Part shown: piece after piece, positions 1-9,402 of the stretch
Position numbering within the stretch: the first letter of the stretch is position 1
Layout: the number at the start of each line of letters is the position of its first letter
Source: Candidatus Kaiserbacteria bacterium
GTDB lineage: Bacteria; Patescibacteriota; Minisyncoccia; Phycocordibacterales; UBA918
DNA length: 64,000 bases
Assembly (NCBI GenBank): GCA_031430855.1
Contig: JANPCG010000013.1
Coordinates: 99,781 to 163,780 of the forward strand
Direction of reading: 5' to 3'
Position numbers and translations under genes: made by a program
The notes under the pieces: generated by a model
Told to the model about the DNA's origin: nothing
Seen by the model: only the letters and a program-made list of their open reading frames with translations
Database searches by the model: none

Positions 1-25
1 AGGATTGTTCTACAACTGAATATAA

Positions 26-185
26 ATGACCTAACCCCTAAAGTCTTGCTTTGGGATATGGTCGAAAATCCTAACGAAAATACTGAACTCCGTGTTCAGC
101 TACTTTTCGTTAGGTCATATCTGGAAACGGGTATGGGGCTTTAGGGCTCGGCTGGCACGGAGTTCAGTGCGTTTACGTGTCAGCC
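26..185 (+). ncRNA. Putative structured RNA or cis-regulatory element, possibly truncated by the window start
   Basis: Stems 36-48/134-146, 70-80/104-114, 150-159/176-185; alternative pairings 26-35/109-118 and 82-94/156-168; wobbles read as G-U on + strand. Confidence 0.4.
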
Positions 186-208
186 ACACTATTTAAATAA
201 TAAATATT

Positions 209-880
209 ATGAGCGATACACAACAAACAACGCTGGGTGCTACAACTAATAGAGAGAAGTTATTTTGGGGTATTGGACTTCTACTAGTAGCGATTGGGGT
301 ACTAGCAACAAGTCTACTTACAACACTTGCTGGAGTAGCTATACTTCCGATTACTGGCAAGCTCTTACAAAGCAAACTGAACGTGAAAAAACCTATCTTG
401 GTCCAATCTCTAGCTCTTGTAGTGATACTGCTTGTGGGAACATTTACTCTTGATTCAACTAAGTCTACAGAAGTGGCGAGCACACCTACTCCAGTCCCTA
501 CAGTATCAATGGTTTTTGACGTACCACTACTTGTTGGAAAAACAGTAAGCGAATTAGAAACAACATTAGGCACGCCAACTAAGTACACGGTCCCTCCAAC
601 TACTAATGTAGACGGTAGTAAAATTGAGACATGGGAGAAAACTTGGGAGAAAAACGAGCATAGTCTTATGGTCACTTATAAACTTGATACGAATGAAGTT
701 GTTGATTTGTTTTTAAGTGCGGATAGCGATAGTGCATTTGCCAACTTTAAGAGCAAGGACAATATCTTGCTCGTTGGTAATTTGTCAGATGACAGTACTG
801 CTTACGAACTTGAGTTTGTAGAAACTGTGAATATGGCAGATAAAGGCTATACAGGAGTTATTGTTAAGGCAAAAAAGTAG
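209..880 (+). CDS. Hypothetical membrane-anchored protein
   Basis: 223 aa ORF; N-terminal hydrophobic helices, P/T-rich linker, soluble C-terminal domain. Confidence 0.7.
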   Translation: MSDTQQTTLGATTNREKLFWGIGLLLVAIGVLATSLLTTLAGVAILPITGKLLQSKLNVKKPILVQSLALVVILLVGTFTLDSTKSTEVASTPTPVPTVSMVFDVPLLVGKTVSELETTLGTPTKYTVPPTTNVDGSKIETWEKTWEKNEHSLMVTYKLDTNEVVDLFLSADSDSAFANFKSKDNILLVGNLSDDSTAYELEFVETVNMADKGYTGVIVKAKK

Positions 881-991
881 TAATTTAACCACATTGGTAT
901 CAAATTTGAAGTGCAAAGCAGGGCACCTGGTCTTAAACCTGCTAAATTAAATTAAGCAAAGAAAGTCTATTTTTGCTATTATGTAAGGGAT

Positions 992-3049
992 ATGAACTTA
1001 GTAGGTAAGACAATCAATGGCTACGTATTTATTGAATTTATCAATGAAGGCGGTTTTGGAGCTGTATACAAAGCCGAAAAAGCTGGGGTTATTTATGCGA
1101 TAAAACTTTTTCGTGAAGCCTATGTGCTGAAAGAATTTCGCCGTGATGGACATAATCGACTAGAACGTGAGATAGAAATAATGCAGAAAGTTTCAGGTCC
1201 AAATCTCGTTAGTTACATTGAACATTTTGAGTATCAAGACAATGGCTCAAATTATTATTTTTTAGTGATGGATTTTGTTGATGGTGAAACACTACGTACT
1301 ATACTTGATAGAGATGGTCAGCTAGATGAAGCGACTTCAAAAAATATTATCCTGCAAGTACTTGATGGTCTTGAAGTTTTGCATAACTTAAAAAATGGTA
1401 ATTCGTCTGGAATCATACATCGTGACCTCAAACCTGAAAATATAATTATGGACAGAAGTGGAGTGTTAAAGATTGTTGATTACGGTATTTCAAAAGTGAT
1501 TGATTTTACATCCATAACTAGTACTGGTGATGTGTTGGGTACGGGTCCGTATATGTCTCCAGAACAAATTACAGATAGTAAAAATATTGATAGACGCAGT
1601 GATTTATATACTGTTGGCATCTTGTACTATGAATTACTTACAAATGAATTTCCGTATGATTTTCAGTCTGCATTTGAATTGGCTGAAAAAATAAAGGTTG
1701 AACGGCCAATGCCACCACGGAGAAAAGTGCCAGGTATTTCAAACGCAACTGAAAATATTATTTTAAGCTTGCTCGAAAAGGAAGCTTATAAACGACCAGT
1801 AGATGTATCTACAATCAGAGCCTCTTTGTTAAGTGGTGAACCTGCAACAACGCTTAAAGAATATGATTTAACACCAAAATTTATTCTTCACCTGAATGAT
1901 GATAAAACTGTTTTAACAGAGTATCTACCTACAATAAGTGATAATTTAACAGTAGTTTTTCCGGCGAATCTATCCTCTGCACAGAAGGGTTTATTGAGTC
2001 TTATTCAAGGGCAACAAACCCGAGTTATAGTTGACCCCGCAACAGTTCGTCTTGCTTACGACACGTATGCTGATACAAAAGGATTGGTTGAGTTACCGTA
2101 TTCGAGAAAAGACTTTCAGGCAATTACCCCGGATTACCTTTCAGATTATAAGGTCCAAAAGGCTTATGTTAAAAGTGTGATTGATACGGAACATAAATTG
2201 GGGGCTGATGTTTTGTTGTCTCCATTTCATTACACTCATAACTCAAATGTCTCATTAGCTACGAGAAATATGGCGTCAGAGTGGCTGGACTTAGACATAA
2301 AACTTTTAATGGAAGCAATTGATTATCGTAATTCAAGTCCAGAACTAAAAGGAAAAGAATTGTATGCGGGTATTTGCTTACATCATACATCTATTAATGA
2401 TGAGCGTGACCGTAAATACATACTAAACACATTTTCTCTGTTTGATGTGGATGGTTACATAGTTTACGTTGATTCGATTGACAAAGAATCTTCAAAATCA
2501 ACTCTATACAGTTATATAAAACTTGTTACGGAATTACAGCAAAGCACTGGTAAGCCAGTCATAGCAGGACGTATGGGTCAATTTGGCTTAGGTTTGTTAT
2601 GTGCAGGCATTACTGGTTTTACATCAGGTACTGCTCGCTTCGAATCGTTCTATGAGGGTTTGTATAAAGAAGATACCGGTCCAGCATATAACATGTATGA
2701 AAGATATTATTATCCCGAGTTACTTTCTTGTATCTCAATTAAGAAAAAAGACCCAACGAGATTTGATAGTATTGCAGAATTCCTTCCCCCATGCGACTGT
2801 CCTTACTGTATTGGTAAGTCCGTTACAGAAATTATTCAGGCAAAGAATAATAAGTTTCATTTTCTGTATAAATATAAACAAGAAGTAAACGCTATCCTTG
2901 CACTGCCTGAACAAAAAAGAATACCTTACTTTTTAAGTCGTATCGAAGTTGCTATTGATAATTACGCCAAGATGTCACCAAAAGTGTTTGGACCATCTGA
3001 TTATAAACACCTACAAAACTGGCAGGAGGTGTTTAGTAAGCTACAATAG
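992..3049 (+). CDS. Hanks-type Ser/Thr protein kinase fused to a C-terminal TIM-barrel-like domain with a CxCxxC...H motif
   Basis: EGGFGAVY, AIK, HRDLKPEN, DYG and YMSPEQ kinase motifs; about 390 aa C-terminal domain containing CDCPYC...H. Confidence 0.85.
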   Translation: MNLVGKTINGYVFIEFINEGGFGAVYKAEKAGVIYAIKLFREAYVLKEFRRDGHNRLEREIEIMQKVSGPNLVSYIEHFEYQDNGSNYYFLVMDFVDGETLRTILDRDGQLDEATSKNIILQVLDGLEVLHNLKNGNSSGIIHRDLKPENIIMDRSGVLKIVDYGISKVIDFTSITSTGDVLGTGPYMSPEQITDSKNIDRRSDLYTVGILYYELLTNEFPYDFQSAFELAEKIKVERPMPPRRKVPGISNATENIILSLLEKEAYKRPVDVSTIRASLLSGEPATTLKEYDLTPKFILHLNDDKTVLTEYLPTISDNLTVVFPANLSSAQKGLLSLIQGQQTRVIVDPATVRLAYDTYADTKGLVELPYSRKDFQAITPDYLSDYKVQKAYVKSVIDTEHKLGADVLLSPFHYTHNSNVSLATRNMASEWLDLDIKLLMEAIDYRNSSPELKGKELYAGICLHHTSINDERDRKYILNTFSLFDVDGYIVYVDSIDKESSKSTLYSYIKLVTELQQSTGKPVIAGRMGQFGLGLLCAGITGFTSGTARFESFYEGLYKEDTGPAYNMYERYYYPELLSCISIKKKDPTRFDSIAEFLPPCDCPYCIGKSVTEIIQAKNNKFHFLYKYKQEVNAILALPEQKRIPYFLSRIEVAIDNYAKMSPKVFGPSDYKHLQNWQEVFSKLQ

Positions 3050-3057
3050 TAGTAGTT

Positions 3058-3690
3058 ATGTTTTCATTAGAAAAAGATGTTGTTAAAGTGCTTGATGCAA
3101 ATATCAACCACATCTTTGGTGAAGGTCGTTCCGTATTAGAGTTTTCATGTGGTGTTGGCCGTCCCGATATTATGTTTGGAAGGATGGTAAATAACAATGA
3201 CAGGGAATCAATCGCTGATTACGATTCCATGTTAGTCTTATCAACTTTTTGTGTACGAAAAGGTCAATTAGTTACGGCCGATAGAATACGAGAAAGTACA
3301 AATTTTTCTGGTAAAAAAATTGATGAAATAATCAAGCTTCTTTCAGACCATGAATATATAAAGCAAAGTAGTACGAATAAGTACGTTGTCACTAGAAGAT
3401 ATGAACCACCAGTACAAGATTTTATTTCTATTGAAGTGAAAATGAAAGACTGGAGACAGGGTTATTATCAGGCCGTAAGATATTCAAGTTTCTCGACAAA
3501 AAGTTATTTAGCAATATCGTCTGAATATATTAACAATGTTGATATTGAAGTCTTAAGAAAAGACGGTATTGGACTTATTTCCGTAGGTTCTAGTACTGCA
3601 AAGATTCTAGTGTTAGCAAAGAAGATAAAGCACAATAACAAAATTGCACATTATTTATCAACTGAGAGATTTAGAGGTTGTCTGCAGTAA
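3058..3690 (+). CDS. PD-(D/E)xK nuclease-fold protein with an inserted winged-helix-like segment
   Basis: E...GRPDI...ISIEVK..DW..G..QA.RY pattern; 8 bp after the kinase gene. Confidence 0.65.
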   Translation: MFSLEKDVVKVLDANINHIFGEGRSVLEFSCGVGRPDIMFGRMVNNNDRESIADYDSMLVLSTFCVRKGQLVTADRIRESTNFSGKKIDEIIKLLSDHEYIKQSSTNKYVVTRRYEPPVQDFISIEVKMKDWRQGYYQAVRYSSFSTKSYLAISSEYINNVDIEVLRKDGIGLISVGSSTAKILVLAKKIKHNNKIAHYLSTERFRGCLQ

Positions 3691-3798
3691 TTTAACTCAA
3701 TAAGGGCTACTGTTATTGCCTAAAACTTCACATGGGCTTGGTAGGGTGACCTAATATTATTTGATGAAAAGATTATCGTTTCAGACTATAATCAAGGC

Positions 3799-4458
3799 GT
3801 GGTAAACGTCTACACTGAATATTTCAAAGAACTCATGGACTTCCTGTATGGGATAGTAATAAGCTTGCCTGATTCGATGGGGGTAACTAACATATCTTAC
3901 TCATTTGATGATTATCGCACTAGTATTGGACAACAGGTCCAGCTTTTGGAATCGCTTGAGAAAGTTGGCGTCCTGAAAATTATTTATAAAGTGCCTTTAC
4001 CGCCAGTCGTAAAATTCACACTTAATACAAGTGGGAATAGGTATTCAGCCTCTGGTTGTCTGGGTTATGAATTGGAGATAAATAAGGATGAATTTTTGCG
4101 ATACAGGGCCAATAGTAGTTTGTTGAGCGTAAATAATGATGAACACCAGTATGAATTGCCACATTTGTCTGATAACGGGCGAATTCTTTTTGTTAATGGT
4201 GATGAAATTATTTTAAGTAAGCACGGGGAGATGACTAAAAGTTATGCGATAGCAAATTTAATTTTTAATAATGACGACTACCAATGTACAAACGAAGCAT
4301 TAGTTGATATGGCTGGAAGTGCTAAAGATAGAAAGAGCCCGAAGTCTTTTGTAGATAATGCCGTGAAGTATTTTAACCGCAAAGTTAATATACCGAATTT
4401 TGTTAGACAATCTGAGGGAATAATTTTATTGAATGAGAAATACACAAATTTTCGGTAA
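3799..4458 (+). CDS. Hypothetical protein, possible C-terminal winged-helix
   Basis: 219 aa ORF (GTG start) with TATAAT just upstream. Confidence 0.6.
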   Translation: MVNVYTEYFKELMDFLYGIVISLPDSMGVTNISYSFDDYRTSIGQQVQLLESLEKVGVLKIIYKVPLPPVVKFTLNTSGNRYSASGCLGYELEINKDEFLRYRANSSLLSVNNDEHQYELPHLSDNGRILFVNGDEIILSKHGEMTKSYAIANLIFNNDDYQCTNEALVDMAGSAKDRKSPKSFVDNAVKYFNRKVNIPNFVRQSEGIILLNEKYTNFR

Positions 4459-4531
4459 GATTTAACCATATGTTCAACCTAGTTCGAACATCATAATAAA
4501 TATAGTAAACGCACTCGAAAACGAGTGCGTT

Positions 4532-4705
4532 ATGCGTTTAGAAGACAAGCACATTAATCAATTTATTGAGCTGTACTTAAAAAAGTACGGTGTGGTTTTG
4601 GAACGTGCTGAAGCAACGCAAATGGCTATTAGGTTTGCGAGTTGTATTCGTGTGGTCGAATCGAATTCATTTATTAAACAAGAAGAAAATAAGTATGGAC
4701 AATGA
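4532..4705 (+). CDS. Small hypothetical protein (57 aa, MRLEDKHINQFIELYLKKYG...), absent from the ORF track
   Basis: Manually translated; ATG follows a hairpin at 4508-4531; stop overlaps the next start at 4695. Confidence 0.55.
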   Translation: MRLEDKHINQFIELYLKKYGVVLERAEATQMAIRFASCIRVVESNSFIKQEENKYGQ

Positions 4706-5189
4706 TGAGGATTCTATTGAGGGTGGCTATGTGATTATGCCACGTAATATAGCCCGTGATAGCCGAAATGGTTTGATGACAAACCCCGAACGGAATTTGT
4801 TGTTATGGATTCGGTTGATAGCTGATGTTCGAGGTGTAAGCCATTGTTCCATGAAAGGACTTGCAGATGAAGCCTTTAACGACAAAGTTTCCAATTCGTA
4901 TATAAATAAAATACTACGTTCATTAAAGAAGAAGAGATACCTTTGGTACCAAGACCGCAATGGTCGCAGAGGTACGTTCGAGATTCATTTACGTGATTGG
5001 TTCTTGAAAGATAAGGTTATTAAGGATATTACAAATTTGTTTGAAAAGGAGTCAGTCAAAGCTCAATCAAAGGCCAGGTGGAATCCTGATGCTAAACCCA
5101 GACCAATTTCTGAGGAAGAGAGTCAGAGGATTGTAGATAGAAGAAAAGCAATTACAGCAAAGCTTTCTATGCATCAAAAGCAACTGTGA
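4695..5189 (+). CDS. Helix-turn-helix protein, replication-initiator-like
   Basis: GYVIMPRNI start and wHTH-like LADE...YINKILRSLKKKRYL; start refined to ATG 4695. Confidence 0.55.
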   Translation: MDNDEDSIEGGYVIMPRNIARDSRNGLMTNPERNLLLWIRLIADVRGVSHCSMKGLADEAFNDKVSNSYINKILRSLKKKRYLWYQDRNGRRGTFEIHLRDWFLKDKVIKDITNLFEKESVKAQSKARWNPDAKPRPISEEESQRIVDRRKAITAKLSMHQKQL

Positions 5190-5285
5190 GTCAGAGCTTG
5201 CTATACAGATACTGAAACAGACACAAAAACTGATACAAAAAACTTACACAGTACTTTAAGAAATTAATCTCAATTGATTTCGGTT

Positions 5286-5876
5286 ATGTCACGAGAACTT
5301 ACAACTTCACGCTTATTATTAGATATTCGAAAGATGTATTTCTTGGAAATGATTCCGAAGAATGGATATAAGACTGGTAGATTTGCATGGTATCAAAACA
5401 ATACTGAATTAGGGTACATAAATTATCAGTCTTCTGTTGGAAGGACATATGCTGGTCTTCAACTGATTTATCAAATTACATACCAAGGGGGTGAGGTTAA
5501 AAACATCAATCAGGAAGTGTTGCTGACGGGTATTGATTGTCATTTTGGGGGTTTCCGTTGGTACTTCAAATGCCCAGGATGTAATGCACGAGTAGCAGTG
5601 CTTTATAGCGGTCAAAATGGCTTCTACTGTAGAAAATGTAACCATCTAGCATACGAAGGTCAAAATGATTCAAAACTGAACAGAGAGGGCATTTTTCGCT
5701 TATGGTCCATTACAGATAAAGAAGAAAAGATGATTGCACGGATAGGGCGTACTTTATACAAAGGTAAGCCTACTAGGAAGTATAAACAGCTTTTGGATAT
5801 ACAAAAAAAGAATGGATTGATAGTGAGAGAAGAAGTACAAAAAGAGTATAATAAAACCAATAATGAAAAATTTTAG
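5286..5876 (+). CDS. Zn-ribbon hypothetical protein typical of integrative elements
   Basis: WYFKCPGC...FYCRKC..LAY motif; overlaps the recombinase start. Confidence 0.65.
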   Translation: MSRELTTSRLLLDIRKMYFLEMIPKNGYKTGRFAWYQNNTELGYINYQSSVGRTYAGLQLIYQITYQGGEVKNINQEVLLTGIDCHFGGFRWYFKCPGCNARVAVLYSGQNGFYCRKCNHLAYEGQNDSKLNREGIFRLWSITDKEEKMIARIGRTLYKGKPTRKYKQLLDIQKKNGLIVREEVQKEYNKTNNEKF

Positions 5877-7629
5877 CGACAACAAATACTTCATCTATAT
5901 TCGGAGGTCGCAAGATGCTGAGGACCGTCAAATGGCGAGTCTGGAAGACCAGGAAGCTGAAATGCGAACTGTGGCCGAAAGGTACAATTTAAATGTGGTT
6001 GATGTGATTGGTGAGTCACGGTCCGCCAAACACCCAGGTAGACCTAAGTTTAATGAAATGCTTGCACGCTTGCATGCTGGTGAAGCTAATGGGGTGTTGT
6101 GTTGGAAATTGAATCGACTGTCTCGCAATCCAATAGATGGTGGCCAGATTTCATGGTTGTTACAACAAAAAGTAATTTCTCATATCAGGACCATTGAAAG
6201 AGATTATTTACCAACTGATAACGTCATTATGATGGCGGTTGAACTTGGTATGGCTAATCAGTTTTCAAATGATTTAAGTGTTGATGTTAAGAGAGGTATG
6301 CGACAAAAGGCTGGGCGTGGCTGGAATTCACAAAGCACACTACCTGTTGGTTATAGGCATAACACTGGTTATGAAAAAGACGGTGAAGAGATAGTTTCTA
6401 CTTCTGACCTTCAAATTGTTAAAAAAGTTTTAGGTACTTTTTTAGAAGGTGCACATTCGGTGTCGGATATTCAGCGACTAGGTACTGTCCTTGGGCTTGT
6501 AAACAAGAGGGGTAAACCACATGTCTATAACACGTATCTGAATATGTTGAGATGTCATATGTACTATGGTTACTTCCAGTGGCGAGACAGTGACGGTGTT
6601 GAACAGTGGCATAAGGGAAAACACGAACCAATTATTACTGAAGAACAATTTAATCAAGTTCAGTTAATGCTTGGTAAGCGTGGAAGACCAACAAGAATTA
6701 ATACATACGACTTTGCGTTTCGTGGCCCGCTGTCTTGCGGTGAGTGTGGTTGTGCTGTTACTGCTGAAAGAAAACTACAGTGTATTTGTACTGGGTGTAA
6801 AAGAAAATTTTCGTGCAAAACTGCTAAGGCTTGCCCAGATTGTGCTTTGCAAATAGGTGATATGAAAAAGCCAAGTTTCGTTGATAAAACTTACTATCGT
6901 TGCACTAAGAGAAAGAAGGGATACAAATGTTCTCAAAAATGCATTGAAGAAAGTAAGCTTCATACTGACATTGACGGCATATTGCAAGATATGGAAATAG
7001 ATAAGGACTTCTATCAATGGGCTAAAATGGCCTTACGTGACGTTCATAGTAGTGAAATTGATGAACAGCGTGAAATCGTAAAAAGAACAGCCAAGAAAAG
7101 AGATGAGCTTTTTCAGCGATTGAATAACTTGGTCCTGATGCGTGCTGACGGTGAGATTTCGTCTGACCAACTTAAAGACATGAAAGGTAAAGCGGAAAGG
7201 GAATTACATGAAGTCGAAAAAGAGTATCGAGCACTGGACCAGCGAGCTTTGCACTGGGTAGATATTGCTGATGGCTACCTGACGTTTACTGAGAAAGCTT
7301 GTGACCTATTTAACACAACTACTAATTTGAGTCTCAAGCGTGAGATACTTCAAACCCTTGGTTCGAACCTAGAAATTTTTAATCAAAAGCCAATGTTCGT
7401 AATGGCTAAACCGCTTATTGCATTGAAAAATGTTCATGTGCGTACCTACAAAGAATTAGGTACGTTCGAACCTAAAAAAGCCCTTGATAAACAAGGACTT
7501 TCTAAGGAAAAAGCTATTGCTTTTTCAGTTCTGTGCGCCGGGAGGGATTCGAACCTTCGTAGGCTGATGCCAGCAGATTTACAGTCTGCCCTCGTTGACC
7601 GCTTGAGTACCGACGCAAATATAGTGTAG
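5863..7629 (+). CDS. Large serine recombinase (integrase) with Zn-ribbon and coiled coil
   Basis: YIRRS catalytic Ser, ESRSAK..GRP.F, LNRLSRN, GKHEPII, Cys pairs; 3' end overlaps tRNA-Tyr. Confidence 0.93.
   Translation: MKNFSDNKYFIYIRRSQDAEDRQMASLEDQEAEMRTVAERYNLNVVDVIGESRSAKHPGRPKFNEMLARLHAGEANGVLCWKLNRLSRNPIDGGQISWLLQQKVISHIRTIERDYLPTDNVIMMAVELGMANQFSNDLSVDVKRGMRQKAGRGWNSQSTLPVGYRHNTGYEKDGEEIVSTSDLQIVKKVLGTFLEGAHSVSDIQRLGTVLGLVNKRGKPHVYNTYLNMLRCHMYYGYFQWRDSDGVEQWHKGKHEPIITEEQFNQVQLMLGKRGRPTRINTYDFAFRGPLSCGECGCAVTAERKLQCICTGCKRKFSCKTAKACPDCALQIGDMKKPSFVDKTYYRCTKRKKGYKCSQKCIEESKLHTDIDGILQDMEIDKDFYQWAKMALRDVHSSEIDEQREIVKRTAKKRDELFQRLNNLVLMRADGEISSDQLKDMKGKAERELHEVEKEYRALDQRALHWVDIADGYLTFTEKACDLFNTTTNLSLKREILQTLGSNLEIFNQKPMFVMAKPLIALKNVHVRTYKELGTFEPKKALDKQGLSKEKAIAFSVLCAGRDSNLRRLMPADLQSALVDRLSTDANIV
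7534..7616 (-). tRNA. tRNA-Tyr (GTA)
   Basis: Reverse complement folds as a cloverleaf: acceptor GCGTCGG/CCGGCGC, anticodon loop CTGTAAA, variable arm, GGTTCGAATCC. Confidence 0.95.
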
Positions 7630-7710
7630 CCAGGGAGAGCTACGTAGCGTACAAATTATCACAGTTTCCCTGATTTAGAAAGGGGTAGGTATGGTAAGCT
7701 TAGGGGTAAT

Positions 7711-8874
7711 ATGATGCGTCTGTTTGTCTTTTTTTGTCTCGTGGGTGTTTTTGCTATCGCACCTCTCATGGTCGATGCGCGTGGCCTCGTGCCGTGTGGT
7801 GGGCCGGGAGAACCTGCCTGTCAATCATGTCATGTGGTTGCGCTCACTAATAATATTATTGGGTGGCTCGTATTGATCCTTGGGACTATTGCGGCAATTG
7901 TTATTGTTTACGCGGGAGTAAAGCTGGTAACCTCAGCGGGTAATCAGGGAGCCATGGAGGATGCCAAGAGTTTGATTACTAATATCATAATCGGGTACGT
8001 GATTGTGTTGGCGGGGTGGCTCATTATTGACTACGTGATGAAGGTGCTCGTTGATGAGGGGAGTTTTGGTGTCTGGAATCAGCTTGAATGTACCACGCAG
8101 GTGGTGCCAGGAGCGGCGGATATTAATACTATCGATTTTAGTTTGCCGTATGCGCCGCTTGATGCTGACTTGGGTAGTCTCCAAGGGTGGGTGCCGTCTG
8201 GTACGACAGCGACCGGTGGTCCGGGTGGAACAACGGCTCCGGGTTCGTATAGTTCGGCGTGTCGCCTCTTGCCTAATCCTCCGGGAGTCAGGGAATACGA
8301 TTGTAGTGCGCAGCAGACACAATGCAGAAGCGCCGGAGGGACGCCGTCACTCAATACTGATGGTTCTACGGTCATGTGTGCACCGGCGCAGATTACTGGT
8401 GGAGGAGGCGGCTCGTGTACGGTCGTTACTAATCCATCAAATGCGTGCCATCCAAGCCGATTGACGTGTTTTCCTGATCGAAACCTTGCGTCTGAAATTT
8501 GTAATCTTGAGAGTGGCGGAGGAGATACTACAAGAATGTCTGGTTCTGATTTGTGTCGGGATGGTCGGTCATTTTCAGTTGGGCTATGGCAAATAAATAT
8601 TTTAGCCAACCGAGCACTTATTCCTGGCTGCACGGGAACCTTCTTTACTTCAGACAATAATGGTCGGAGTGAAGGTAGTTGTATCCAGTATCGGACTAAC
8701 AGTCGTGGTGTTCGGTATTGTCAGTATCGATCGTGTGAGATCACTAATGTGGCTACATATAACCGTTGTGTCTCAAATGCGCGAATTCCTGCAAACAATA
8801 CTACGGCTGCCTGTAGTCTCATGCGTTCTCAGGGATGGAATGCCTGGGCTACATCGTATAATTTATGTCGATAA
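7711..8874 (+). CDS. Pilin-like (TrbC/VirB2-like) membrane protein with a C-terminal lysozyme/lytic-transglycosylase-like domain
   Basis: Signal/TM, GLVPC...C..C, two TM helices; C-terminal ICNLESGG, SVGLWQIN and GWNAW motifs. Confidence 0.75.
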   Translation: MMRLFVFFCLVGVFAIAPLMVDARGLVPCGGPGEPACQSCHVVALTNNIIGWLVLILGTIAAIVIVYAGVKLVTSAGNQGAMEDAKSLITNIIIGYVIVLAGWLIIDYVMKVLVDEGSFGVWNQLECTTQVVPGAADINTIDFSLPYAPLDADLGSLQGWVPSGTTATGGPGGTTAPGSYSSACRLLPNPPGVREYDCSAQQTQCRSAGGTPSLNTDGSTVMCAPAQITGGGGGSCTVVTNPSNACHPSRLTCFPDRNLASEICNLESGGGDTTRMSGSDLCRDGRSFSVGLWQINILANRALIPGCTGTFFTSDNNGRSEGSCIQYRTNSRGVRYCQYRSCEITNVATYNRCVSNARIPANNTTAACSLMRSQGWNAWATSYNLCR

Positions 8875-8877
8875 TAT

Positions 8878-9402
8878 ATGTTTTTTAAAATACTATTTAT
8901 GTTGTTTGCAGCGGGGAGTGTCGTTTTTGGTGTCTGGTACGTCATGATATATAGTCCGCTGCAAGTTGTTGATACTACGCCGAGTGGTCAAACAGGGATA
9001 GATTTCCCGACTCTGAATACAAATGAAATACCGGAAATTGTTATCAATCATTCACCAAACACTATCGCCACCAGTAAAGATGTTTCCATTTCAGACACAC
9101 CACTTATTCTTCATCGAGATGTAAAAGAGATTGCGCCAGATTTTTATCAAATGAGCGGAGATACTGGTCAATATGAAGTAAGTTATAGTCGACCAAGTGG
9201 TAGTGTAACGATTACTCTTTATGGAGAAGATACGAAAAAATCCCGTGCGAATGCTGAAGCCTACATACTCAAAACGTTGCCGTATACGGAAGATGAGTGG
9301 TGTGGGTTTGTGGTGACGGTAATAACGAATCAGTTTGAAAACCCGACCTGGGCCGGGCAAAATCTAGGTCTGAGTTTCTGTCCGGGTTCGATAGCTCTCT
9401 AA
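8878..9402 (+). CDS. Single-TM extracytoplasmic hypothetical protein (partner 1)
   Basis: N-terminal TM; 3 bp after the upstream stop. Confidence 0.7.
   Translation: MFFKILFMLFAAGSVVFGVWYVMIYSPLQVVDTTPSGQTGIDFPTLNTNEIPEIVINHSPNTIATSKDVSISDTPLILHRDVKEIAPDFYQMSGDTGQYEVSYSRPSGSVTITLYGEDTKKSRANAEAYILKTLPYTEDEWCGFVVTVITNQFENPTWAGQNLGLSFCPGSIAL

Larger units (their letters stand above)
1..7534. mobile_element. Right part of an AT-rich integrative element inserted at the 3' end of tRNA-Tyr; left end outside the window
   Basis: Visibly lower GC than the DNA after 7.7 kb; large serine recombinase reading into the tRNA 3' end; accessory/defence-like cargo. Confidence 0.75.
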
